Shown here: piece by piece, positions 10,925 to 19,643 of the stretch
Position numbering within the stretch: position 1 is the first letter of the stretch
Layout: every line of letters begins with the position of its first letter
Assembly: GCA_029246505.1 (NCBI GenBank)
Contig: JAQWNC010000015.1
Coordinates: 147,662-211,661, forward strand
Direction of reading: 5' to 3'
DNA: 64,000 bases
DNA from: Arenicellaceae bacterium
GTDB lineage: Bacteria > Pseudomonadota > Gammaproteobacteria > Arenicellales > Arenicellaceae
The notes under the pieces: model-generated
What the model was told of the DNA's origin: nothing
What the model saw: only the letters and a program-made list of their open reading frames with translations
Databases searched by the model: none
Position numbers and translations under genes: made by a program

Positions 10925-11517
10925 TTAAGCTCCCGCGTAAACAGGCGGCTGCTTAGCTACCGACCTGTCGACAATCCGCTTTACCGCAACCAATTCACGC
11001 CCTAAACGAGCAGCTAAAACCCCCGCGTTTGCAGCAGGATTATCTGTCGCCAAACCTAAAGCTAGTTGATGTCCTTCATTTAGATTGGAAAATCCAGCTG
11101 TGGTGTTATCAATTTTAATTACACCTACAGATAATAGCGCAGCGGCTACCTCTGCATAACTCTCCAAATTACGGACTGTTATTACAAGCTGTCGGGTCGC
11201 TCGCCCTTATTAACCGGCCGTTGTTTCTCCCAAACAAGCTCCGGATAAGCTCGCAAACTTTCGCCTTTAATATCTTTAGCTTCAATATTGAATTTTTGCA
11301 TCGCATTGGCGGGTTTTTCATATAACTCATCAACTTGCTCTTTACTGGTCGCTAAACTTGAAGGTAAATGGCTAATACTTGCAATTAAAATTACCAAATC
11401 AGGCTGAACATCTACGTATACCTGACCGTTTATTTCAATAATATTTGTTTGTTCCTAGGCCTGCAGCGGCAGGCCAGCGAAATAAACAGCCCTAATCACC
11501 CACCAATATTTATTCAT
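10925..11517 (-). pseudogene. Candidate decayed gene for a secreted protein: signal peptide, in-frame TAG, 91 further codons to TAA, then a frame-shifted 80-codon tail
   Basis: ATG at 11517 encodes MNKYWWVIRAVYFAGLPLQA and is followed by TAG at 11455-11457. The same frame continues into track ORF 11182..11397 (11517-11397=120). A third fragment, 10925..11167, lies in another frame. No family recognised. Confidence 0.35.
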
Positions 11518-11694
11518 GTTTATACCCTCTTGTGTTCTAACGCAGATACTTACATTTGGTAGCTTTAAGAAATAATGTGATTGTTGTTCTTTTCATCGAA
11601 AATTAGAGCTTTAAGTTCACTTCTGATTCCATTTTAGACTGAGGTTTATACTCTTTAAACTGCAGCCATGTATCAGCAACCATTTTTACCAGCA

Positions 11695-12057
11695 CTAGCT
11701 TTCTATTTGAGTTTTCTCACCATGAGCATTCAAACACACAAAAGTAATATTAGTTTCAAACAAGGCTGTGCCAACCTCATGTCCGTGAGAATACCGCTCC
11801 CCGGTAACATTCACATGATAGCTCACCGAAGTAGCACCTAATCTAATTTGCTCACACTCAAAACAAAGAATTTGTCCTCGTTCGATCTGGTGCTTGAATT
11901 CGACTTGATCCAGACCAATTGTTACGAACTTGCGATCAGGTAAATCCAGTGAAACCCTTATATAGGCGATTTCATCTATCCACTTTAAAAGATTACCGCC
12001 AAATAAATATCCGTAATCGTTTAAGTGTTCCGGCAAAACAATTTTATAATGATGCAT
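11695..12057 (-). CDS. Acyl-CoA thioesterase (hotdog fold, YciA-like)
   Basis: 120 aa. LNDYGYLFGGNLLKWIDEIAYI is typical of the hotdog-fold acyl-CoA thioester hydrolase family. Confidence 0.7.
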   Translation of the reverse strand: MHHYKIVLPEHLNDYGYLFGGNLLKWIDEIAYIRVSLDLPDRKFVTIGLDQVEFKHQIERGQILCFECEQIRLGATSVSYHVNVTGERYSHGHEVGTALFETNITFVCLNAHGEKTQIES

Positions 12058-12136
12058 CGCTCTATCGTAACATCTGTCACGGTTTAAGGCTTGCTCACGA
12101 GGATTTTTTAGATTTCTAATTCTTAATATCTTTTAG

Positions 12137-12147
12137 CCCCCCCCCCC
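12137..12147. repeat. Homopolymeric C11 (G11 on the minus strand) tract in a divergent intergenic region
   Basis: Direct count: 11 consecutive C at 12137-12147, between the thioesterase start (12057, minus) and the DUF971 start (12209/12218, plus). Confidence 0.95.
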
Positions 12148-12208
12148 AATGGCCTTAGGCATAAACACAACAGGCACTATATAATCTGCGCCCCAACTGA
12201 CTAATGGG

Positions 12209-12628
12209 TTGCCACTCATGGGCCTTGTACCAACTGACATAAAACTGAACCAGAAGTCTCGTGTATTAACGATACGGTATAGTGAAACATCGGTATTTGA
12301 ATTGCCTTGCGAATTTTTACGAGTGCATTCGCCATCGGCAGAGGTTAAAGGACATGGCAAAGGGCGGGAGGCTCTTCAGCTGCACAAAGAAGAAGTAAAT
12401 ATTACGTCTATTGAACCAGTAGGTCATTATGCGATTAAGCTAGTTTTCGATGACCAACATGATTCTGGCCTATATTCTTGGGACTTGTTATATGATCTTG
12501 GAAAAAATAGAGCGAATTTATGGGCGACCTATTTAGACAAGCTGTCCGAAGAGAATATTGTGCGCCGCAACCAGGCAAGTGATATTTTATTAACCTCGGG
12601 ACCTGATAAAAATAACTTTAGTAAGTAA
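12209..12628 (+). CDS. DUF971 family protein (gamma-butyrobetaine hydroxylase-like N-terminal domain)
   Basis: 139 aa. LTIRYSETSVFELPCEFLRVHSPSAEV...IEPVGHYAIKLVFDDQHDSGLYSWDLLYDLG is typical DUF971. Its position upstream of ubiE is common in gammaproteobacteria. The start is TTG 12209 or ATG 12218. Confidence 0.75.
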   Translation: MPLMGLVPTDIKLNQKSRVLTIRYSETSVFELPCEFLRVHSPSAEVKGHGKGREALQLHKEEVNITSIEPVGHYAIKLVFDDQHDSGLYSWDLLYDLGKNRANLWATYLDKLSEENIVRRNQASDILLTSGPDKNNFSK

Positions 12629-12661
12629 CCCGTCGATCCCTTAACTTCTTAATATTAGTAG

Positions 12662-13408
12662 ATGAACAAAAAAGTCACACATTTCGGTTTCAAAGACGTT
12701 CCGAAAGATCAAAAGAGCAAGCTGGTCGGAGAAGTCTTTCACTCTGTAGCAAGCCAATACGACGTTATGAATGATGTAATGTCATTTGGCGTACACCGCC
12801 TATGGAAGCGTTTTGCCATTTCACAAAGTGCGGTTAAAGCAGGAAATACCGTGTTGGATGTAGCAGCAGGCAGCGGCGATTTGTCAGCCCTGTTTTCCAA
12901 TCGCGTCGGCCCAACTGGAAGAGTGGTTGTTACTGATATAAACGAGTCCATGCTGCGTATAGGGAGAGATCGCTTAATTAATGATGGCTGCAGTAATAAT
13001 TTGAATTTCAGTTTAGCGGATGCACAAACATTACCATTCAAGTCCAATTTTTTTGATTGTATAAGTATTAGTTTCGGCCTGCGAAATGTGACGGACAAAT
13101 CGTTGGCATTAAGCTCAATGTATCGTTGTCTAAAACCAGGTGGCCGTCTGCTAATTTTAGAATTTTCTACTCCAGCACTACCATTGCTCGCAAAAGCTTA
13201 TGATCAATATAGCTTTAACGTAATTCCAAAAATAGGCGAATTAATAACGGGTGATAAAGCTTCCTACCAATATCTGGTTGAATCTATAAGAAAACATCCA
13301 CCTCAAAATGAATTGAAGCAATTAATGGTGGGGTCTGGTTTTGATCATGCCCGCTATCACAATCTCACTGGTGGAGTGGTGGCTCTGCATATCGGCTACA
13401 AATACTAA
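12662..13408 (+). CDS. ubiE: Ubiquinone/menaquinone biosynthesis C-methyltransferase UbiE
   Basis: 248 aa. [47 protein letters not shown] motif [10 protein letters not shown], and C-terminal [12 protein letters not shown]. Confidence 0.93.
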   Translation: MNKKVTHFGFKDVPKDQKSKLVGEVFHSVASQYDVMNDVMSFGVHRLWKRFAISQSAVKAGNTVLDVAAGSGDLSALFSNRVGPTGRVVVTDINESMLRIGRDRLINDGCSNNLNFSLADAQTLPFKSNFFDCISISFGLRNVTDKSLALSSMYRCLKPGGRLLILEFSTPALPLLAKAYDQYSFNVIPKIGELITGDKASYQYLVESIRKHPPQNELKQLMVGSGFDHARYHNLTGGVVALHIGYKY

Positions 13409-13418
13409 AGAGGCCACC

Positions 13419-14012
13419 ATGCTAATAGGCTTAATAGAAAACGCTGGCAAAAGCATACTTGCAACCGATCCTGATACGCTTGAAGCATTAGCTGAAATGG
13501 AAGGTCAGGTAATCGCCTTTGAGATACGGCAGCTAGATAAAACGATATACTTGCGGCCGATGGCGGACGGTATTGAAGTTGAGTTGGCTAGCGACCTTAA
13601 GGCGAACGTCTCGTTTAGTGCCAAACCCGAAGTTTTTTTGCGCTTAGCTAAAGATGGCCTTGATAGCGCAGATTACGCCCCAGGCGAACTTGAAATAAAT
13701 GGTGACGCCCTATTAGGCCAAAAGTTTGCTAAAGCGCTAAGCAATATTAATATTGACTGGGAAGAGCTGTTATCACAACACATTGGAGATGTTTCAGCCC
13801 GCTTGGTTAGCAAAGAGCTGCAAAATATTTTCAACTGGACAAATAAACAAAGCTCTCTGGCTCAACAGGACTTATCTGACTTTCTCTTTGATCGAGCTCA
13901 GTTGCTGGCCAAATCAGATGATGTAAGCGCTTTTATGGCCGAGGTAGATACTCTGGTTTCTCAAGCTGAGCGATTTGCGGCCAAACTAAAAAAGTTTGAA
14001 GATAGTTTATGA
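13419..14012 (+). CDS. ubiJ: Ubiquinone biosynthesis accessory factor UbiJ (SCP2 domain)
   Basis: ATG at 13419 lies inside track ORF 13341..14012, whose upstream part overlaps the ubiE end. The size and the position between ubiE and ubiB fit UbiJ/YigP. Includes GELEINGDALLGQKF. Confidence 0.7.
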   Translation: MLIGLIENAGKSILATDPDTLEALAEMEGQVIAFEIRQLDKTIYLRPMADGIEVELASDLKANVSFSAKPEVFLRLAKDGLDSADYAPGELEINGDALLGQKFAKALSNINIDWEELLSQHIGDVSARLVSKELQNIFNWTNKQSSLAQQDLSDFLFDRAQLLAKSDDVSAFMAEVDTLVSQAERFAAKLKKFEDSL

Positions 14013-15685
14013 GAACCCAAGGCTCACTTTCTCCAAATCGTCTACATGCGTTATTTCGTATGTTTCGAATAGTCCGCGTATTGTGTAAATATCGCTTGTC
14101 GGGATTTCTCAAACTAGGCCCCAGCAGACTCCTAAGCCCTGTATACTGGCTGCTCTCTATTGGCGGTGATAATTCTGATAGCGAAGGCGCACGAATTCGT
14201 CGGGCATTACAGGACTTAGGTCCCGTGTTTGTGAAGTTTGGCCAGGCCCTTTCAACCCGGCCGGATATGCTGTCAGAAGAAATCGCAAGTGAACTTGCCT
14301 TACTGCAAGATGCGGTACCTCCGTTCGACGGTGCGCAAGCAGTTAAAATTATAGAGGCATCACTAGGGCAACTCCGCGCTGCAGTATTTTCGGAATTCGA
14401 TATTGAGCCTTTGGCCTCTGCTTCGGTAGCTCAGGTGCATCTTGCAAAGCTGTTAGATGGTAAAGAAGTTATCGTTAAAGTACTGCGGCCAAATATTGAG
14501 ATCGTTATCGATAGAGATCTCGGCCTTCTTTATACGCTTGCTCTATTCGTTGAAAAGCATTGGGACCAAGGCCCTCGATTGCGGCCGGTTGAGGTAGTAA
14601 AGGAATATGAAGCCACCATTCACAAAGAGTTAGACATGCGAATGGAAGCTGCTAATGCCGCTCAAATGAAACGAAACTTTGAAGGATCTGACCTAATTTA
14701 TGTTCCAGAGATTTATTGGGACTTTACCGATGAAAAAATCTTGGTCATGGAGCGGATACATGGCACCCCAATTCGAGAGATAGATACCTTAATCGAATTG
14801 GGAATAGATATGCGAAAACTTGCCCATGACGGCGTCACTATATTCTTTACGCAGGCTTTTCGAGACGGGTTTTTTCATGCGGACATGCATCCAGGTAATA
14901 TTTTTGTCGGAGAGAACGGTCAATATCGAGCAGTCGATTTCGGCATTATGGGGACCTTAACCGATGCAGATAAATACTATCTAGCTCGAAATTTTATTGG
15001 ATTTTTTAACCGTGATTACCGCGCGGTTGCAGAAGCGCACATACAAGCAGAATGGGTTCCGGCGGACACTCGCGTAGAAGAGTTTGAAGCCGCTATACGA
15101 ACGGTATGCGAGCCAATTTTCGCCAAACCAATAAGCGAGATTTCCTTTGGTAAGTTTTTACTGCAGCTTTTTCAAACCGCCCGTCGATTTGAAATGCCCA
15201 TCCAACCACAGCTGGTATTGCTGCAAAAAACGCTACTGAACATCGAAGGGCTGGGCCGTCAGCTATACCCGCAACTAGATCTATGGGAAACGGCCAAACC
15301 TTTTCTGGAAAACTGGATGGACGAGCAAGTAGGCTTCGCCGCTTTGCGCAAAAAAGTGGCTGCAGAAATGCCATTTTGGGCACAAAAACTACCAGAACTC
15401 CCATCAAAGTTTCATGAGTTTCTAAACGATGTGCGCGAGTTACGTATATCGAGTCACAAACAACAGTTAGCTCTTGCCAATGTCGAGCATCAGCTTATTC
15501 AACATAATCAATCGCAACGCCGAATCTGGGCGGCCAGTCTCATTTTTATAACCGCTGCCGTTACTTTGGGTGTATTGCTAACTGGCCAATTTGTCCCACC
15601 AATAGACTTCAGCGACTATTGGAACTATGGCTCGCTTAGCATTATGTTGCTCAGTCTAATGGCCATTCTACGAAAACCACGGTAA
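14009..15685 (+). CDS. ubiB: Ubiquinone biosynthesis protein kinase-like UbiB (ABC1/ADCK family)
   Basis: 558 aa. LGPVFVKFGQALSTRPDMLS, ASASVAQVH and FFHADMHPGNIF, with C-terminal TM helices. ATGA overlap with ubiJ. Confidence 0.92.
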   Translation: MRTQGSLSPNRLHALFRMFRIVRVLCKYRLSGFLKLGPSRLLSPVYWLLSIGGDNSDSEGARIRRALQDLGPVFVKFGQALSTRPDMLSEEIASELALLQDAVPPFDGAQAVKIIEASLGQLRAAVFSEFDIEPLASASVAQVHLAKLLDGKEVIVKVLRPNIEIVIDRDLGLLYTLALFVEKHWDQGPRLRPVEVVKEYEATIHKELDMRMEAANAAQMKRNFEGSDLIYVPEIYWDFTDEKILVMERIHGTPIREIDTLIELGIDMRKLAHDGVTIFFTQAFRDGFFHADMHPGNIFVGENGQYRAVDFGIMGTLTDADKYYLARNFIGFFNRDYRAVAEAHIQAEWVPADTRVEEFEAAIRTVCEPIFAKPISEISFGKFLLQLFQTARRFEMPIQPQLVLLQKTLLNIEGLGRQLYPQLDLWETAKPFLENWMDEQVGFAALRKKVAAEMPFWAQKLPELPSKFHEFLNDVRELRISSHKQQLALANVEHQLIQHNQSQRRIWAASLIFITAAVTLGVLLTGQFVPPIDFSDYWNYGSLSIMLLSLMAILRKPR

Positions 15686-15874
15686 GCCTTTTATGCTCAA
15701 CTCCGGTTGAAACGTAAAGAAGAGGTTTGCTGAAGAAAAAGTTATTCTAACGGTAGGAAATATTAAAGCCGTCGCCTCGGTTAATATAAAAACCGTGAAG
15801 CATATTTTACATATTATTCTCTGATACTATCCATCTGTGATTTAACTTTCCTAATGTCCTTTGAAGGAGCCAAA

Positions 15875-16417
15875 ATGCATCACAAATTATGCCAACGTAT
15901 TTCGCTAATGCTCGGAGCGATTACTGCAACAATAGTGTTATTTACTCAATCCGCAATGGGGCTAGAGGTTGGCGCAACCGCAGCAGATTTCTCACTACAA
16001 GCATCAGATGGAAATACCTACACACTGTCTCAATTCATTGGCGAGAAACCAGTCGTCATTGCTTTTTTCCCCAAGGCCTTTACCGGTGGATGAACTATCC
16101 AATGTAAAGCACTGCGTGACAGTGCTCAAGAAATACAGGGTTTTGATGTTGCTTATTTTATGGCAAGTGTAGACACACTGGAGACTAACACAGCTTTTGC
16201 GTTAGAACATCAAGCGGGGTTTCCGATTCTGGCAGACCCCAGCAAAGAGATGTCGGCTGCTTATGGTGTGATGAATGCAATGGGTGTAGATAACCGCTGG
16301 ACCTATTATATTGATGCAACAGGCACCATAGTCAAAATCGATAAAGAAATAAGCCCGGCTGCTGCAGGAGAAGTATTAACACAAACCATGAAAGAGTTAG
16401 GGTTTCCTATAAAGTAA
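15875..16417 (+). CDS. Secreted peroxiredoxin (AhpC/TSA, BCP/PrxQ-like) with in-frame TGA at 16091-16093 read as selenocysteine (candidate selenoprotein)
   Basis: Track ORFs 15854..16093 and 16160..16417 share a frame (difference 306). Read-through gives FFPKAFTGG-[TGA][27 protein letters not shown], against the paralog [42 protein letters not shown] lies 7 nt before ATG 15875. The signal peptide ends AMG|LEVG. A hairpin lies just 3' of the TGA. Confidence 0.75.
16108..16126 (+). other. Candidate bacterial SECIS hairpin
   Basis: AGCACTG (16108-16114), loop CGTGA, CAGTGCT (16120-16126). This is a perfect 7-bp stem starting 14 nt after the TGA, with G at the second loop position. No equivalent stem follows the TGC codon of the Cys paralog. 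Confidence 0.6.
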
Positions 16418-16425
16418 ATCTCCCA

Positions 16426-16448
16426 GGGGGCGAATGTTCTCTGCCCCC
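16426..16448 (+). terminator. Possible intrinsic terminator after the peroxiredoxin gene
   Basis: GGGGGC (16426-16431), an 11-nt loop, then GCCCCC (16443-16448), 9 nt after the stop codon. The downstream T-tract is weak (aaactttcgcttt). Confidence 0.4.
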
Positions 16449-16680
16449 GGAAACTTTCGCTTTGCTTGCCGAAGCTGTATCCGTTTATCTCATTGGACGA
16501 GATCTACACGCAGCAATCTCTGGCAGAGTTTTTTACAATAATTCCGGGTTGGTTTGCAAAAAGAAAATCCATAAATTTGCATAGGAACCTCATGATGAAC
16601 CTGCCATAGTTGTGAGTATGCGCGTTCTAAGTGTAAATCGTAACTTTAGTCGAAATACAGTGCCTGTAATTGGAGTGCTA

Positions 16681-19137
16681 ATGAAATTAATAACAACATT
16701 GTCAACAGTGAGCCTACTGCTTTCTTCTAACGCTTTCGCGGCAGGCATTAATCAAACTAAAGGGGTCTTTGAGGATAAATTTCGGCAACTTGAAGAAGTG
16801 TTGCCGACTCCTAATGATTATCGGAATGCTGCAGGTGAACCTGGCAAAGAATATTGGCAGCAACAAGTGGATTATGAAATTAGGGCCGTGCTCGATGAAG
16901 TCGAGCGGCATATTAGCGCCTCTCAAACAGTTAGCTACACCAATAATTCGCCTTATGCGTTGAAATATCTATGGCTACAGCTAGAGCAAAACCGATTTAA
17001 ACCGGATTCACTGGCCGAAAGAGCTGATGCCTTTGGTGGCATTGGTCGTCGTGGTTCATTATCAAAATTGCCCGAAAACGACGAGCCCGCGCGAGTCAGT
17101 ATGGCTGAGTTGCGCCGACAACAGTTTTACGCCGACAATGAAATTGGCTACACCATTAGCAATGTAGTGGATGAAACCGGCACCGCACTTGAGTACATAA
17201 TCACAGGTGCACAAATGCGAATCGATTTGCCGGTAGCAATTCAGTCCGGTTCCAGCTTTGTTTATAAGCTGGACTACGAATACAACATTCTGGAAGAAAA
17301 TGCGGTTAGCGCACGAGCAGGGTATGAGCACTTTCCAGATGACGCCGGCAAAGACAGCAATGATATTTTTTTGATGGCGCAATGGTTTCCGCGTGTTGCT
17401 GCGTATTCAGATTATGAGGCCTGGCACAACAAGGAGTTTTTAGGCCGCGGTGAATTTACTCTTGAGTTCGGAAATTACGATGTAAAAATGACCGTGCCGG
17501 CCGACCATATTGTAGCTGCAACCGGGGTATTGCAAAATCCAGACCAGGTGCTGACTGCTACTCAACAGAGCCGCCTGGATTCGGCTAGGGATAGTGAGCG
17601 GCCGGTATTTGTGGTGACGGCTGAAGAAGCCCTTGAAAACGAAAGCGAAGGCACCACTGATACCAAAACCTGGCACTTTTCTGCAGCAAATGTGCGAGAT
17701 TTTGCCTGGGCATCATCACGTAAGTTTATCTGGGATGCGAAAGGCATACAGCAAGGCGGTGACATTCAGCCTTTCATCATGGCGATGTCGTATTACCCCA
17801 AGGAAGGTGGTGATCTCTGGAAAAATTATTCCACCGAAGCCATCGTTCATGCCATAGATGTGTATTCGCGTTTTACCTTTGACTATCCATACCCGGTTTC
17901 GATAAGTGTAAATGGTCCAGTTGGGGGTATGGAGTACCCGATGATTACCTTTAACGGTCCTCGAACAATATGGCATGAAGATGGCAGTCGTACTTATACA
18001 TTGGGCGAAAAGCGCTTTTTAATTGGCGTGGTCATCCATGAAGTCGGACACAATTACTTCCCGATGATCGTCAACTCAGATGAACGTCAATGGACATGGA
18101 TGGACGAAGGCCTGAACAGTTTTCTTGATGGCATTGCAGGCCGGGAGTGGGATCCGGATATTCCGTGGGGTGTGGAACCACGAGATGTGGTCGAGTATAT
18201 GAAATCGAATGTGCAAGTGCCAATTATGACGCAGTCAGACAGCATACTTAAGTTTGGCCCTAATGCTTATGCAAAACCTGCAGCGGCGTTAAATATATTG
18301 CGCGAAGTAATACTGGGGCGAGAGCTATTTGACTTTGCGTTTAAAGAATATGCCCAACGCTGGATGAATAAACGCCCAACGCCGTCTGACTTCTTTCGGA
18401 CCATCGAAGAGGCCTCCGGTGTTGATCTTGATTGGTTTTGGCAGGGCTGGTTTTATAGCACCGATCACGTCGATATCTCGATCGATAAGGTCTATCAGTT
18501 GCGTTTGGATACACTGGACCCCGATATTGATTCTGCCCGCCGTCGAAATGAAGAAATCGACAGGCCAAATTCGTTGTTTGTGGAGCGTAACAAAGAGGAA
18601 GGCCGAAAGTTGTGGGTGGATCTGAATCGGGATATTGCTGATTATCACGATGAAAATGACCGCTTCACCGTTACTAATAGAGACCGAAACAGCTACACCC
18701 AAATGCTGGAAGACTTGGGCCCTATGGAGCGCGTGGCATTTGAGCGGGCGATAGAAGAAGACAAAAACTATTATCTGCTTAATTTTACAAACGAGGGTGG
18801 TTTAGTAATGCCAATTTTATTGCGTTTAACATATGAAAATGGCATGCAAGAAGATCGAATGATCCCCGCAGAAATTTGGCGTCGATCTCACGCCCAGGTG
18901 AGCAAAATGATCGTTACCAATAAGGGCCACAAACTTGAGTCAGTTGAAGTTGACCCCGGTTGGGAGACGGCTGATGTTGATATAGAAAACAATCATTATC
19001 CGCGAAAAATTATTCTTTCCAGAATTGAAGCCTTTAAGGCGGAAGATCGTTCCAAAACTGACATTGAGTATCGAGACCTCATGCACGATAGTAAAACCGA
19101 GTTAGAAGAACCAAAGGAAAAAATACAGAAAAAGTAA
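16681..19137 (+). CDS. Secreted M1-family zinc metallopeptidase (aminopeptidase N-like)
   Basis: Gluzincin signature HEVGHNYF-X18-E (WMDEGLNSF). ATG 16681 is preceded by GGAG and gives the signal peptide MKLITTLSTVSLLLSSNAFA. The track ORF starts further upstream at GTG 16612. Confidence 0.85.
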   Translation: MKLITTLSTVSLLLSSNAFAAGINQTKGVFEDKFRQLEEVLPTPNDYRNAAGEPGKEYWQQQVDYEIRAVLDEVERHISASQTVSYTNNSPYALKYLWLQLEQNRFKPDSLAERADAFGGIGRRGSLSKLPENDEPARVSMAELRRQQFYADNEIGYTISNVVDETGTALEYIITGAQMRIDLPVAIQSGSSFVYKLDYEYNILEENAVSARAGYEHFPDDAGKDSNDIFLMAQWFPRVAAYSDYEAWHNKEFLGRGEFTLEFGNYDVKMTVPADHIVAATGVLQNPDQVLTATQQSRLDSARDSERPVFVVTAEEALENESEGTTDTKTWHFSAANVRDFAWASSRKFIWDAKGIQQGGDIQPFIMAMSYYPKEGGDLWKNYSTEAIVHAIDVYSRFTFDYPYPVSISVNGPVGGMEYPMITFNGPRTIWHEDGSRTYTLGEKRFLIGVVIHEVGHNYFPMIVNSDERQWTWMDEGLNSFLDGIAGREWDPDIPWGVEPRDVVEYMKSNVQVPIMTQSDSILKFGPNAYAKPAAALNILREVILGRELFDFAFKEYAQRWMNKRPTPSDFFRTIEEASGVDLDWFWQGWFYSTDHVDISIDKVYQLRLDTLDPDIDSARRRNEEIDRPNSLFVERNKEEGRKLWVDLNRDIADYHDENDRFTVTNRDRNSYTQMLEDLGPMERVAFERAIEEDKNYYLLNFTNEGGLVMPILLRLTYENGMQEDRMIPAEIWRRSHAQVSKMIVTNKGHKLESVEVDPGWETADVDIENNHYPRKIILSRIEAFKAEDRSKTDIEYRDLMHDSKTELEEPKEKIQKK

Positions 19138-19643
19138 TGTCCTTGTTCAAAAATATTTGGCCGCTCTGCGGGGTAGTCGGGCTGTTGATAGTCTGCAATA
19201 CGCTCCTAGCTCATCAGCAGAAAGAGGCTTACATTACGCTACTTTTCAATAAAAACACTGGCAACCTTGAAGTAAGCCATCGGTTCTTGCTGCACGATGC
19301 AGAGCACGTTGTAAGCGCTTTGCTAAATACAGATGGGCCGCTGGCAACGGACCAATCTGCGCAACAAATATTTGCTACGTACTTAAAGTCCGGCTTCTCA
19401 GTATCAGACTCAGACCTAAAGCCTATAGAGTTTAAAGACGTTGGTTTTGAAGTTGAGGGGAAATATTTTTGGGTCTACCAGGAAGTGACCCCGCCTGAAA
19501 CAAACGCGTTAAATATTGAACATGTAGCCTTACAGGAGTTATGGCCAACCCAACAAAATCACATAAATGTAGAGAAAGATGGCCTGGTACGTTCGGCAAG
19601 ACTCTCTGCTTCGTCTCCCCGGGCTAAAATTGAACTACCTTAA
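19137..19643 (+). CDS. Hypothetical secreted protein, translationally coupled to the M1 peptidase
   Basis: 168 aa. N-terminal signal-like helix LCGVVGLLIVCNTLLA. Its start overlaps the peptidase stop (TAATG). No family recognised with confidence. Confidence 0.55.
   Translation: MSLFKNIWPLCGVVGLLIVCNTLLAHQQKEAYITLLFNKNTGNLEVSHRFLLHDAEHVVSALLNTDGPLATDQSAQQIFATYLKSGFSVSDSDLKPIEFKDVGFEVEGKYFWVYQEVTPPETNALNIEHVALQELWPTQQNHINVEKDGLVRSARLSASSPRAKIELP

Noticed and set aside
11455-11457. An in-frame TAG, considered as possible recoded pyrrolysine or programmed read-through.
   Set aside because: There is no pyl gene context, and Pyl is not known in gammaproteobacteria. The TAG sits at the signal-peptide cleavage region, and a further stop and frameshift follow. 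A pseudogene or sequencing error is more parsimonious.
12133-12360. A 75-aa minus-strand ORF ending in ...AIGGGG.
   Set aside because: Its C-terminus is merely the translation of the poly-C/G tract, and it overlaps the DUF971 gene start. There is no supporting motif.
15889-16172. Overlapping plus-strand ORFs 15889..16107 and 15969..16172 around the TGA. They were considered as evidence for a frameshift rather than recoding.
   Set aside because: Their translations have no peroxiredoxin similarity. The original frame is the one that continues to align with the paralog immediately after the TGA, so no frameshift is needed.
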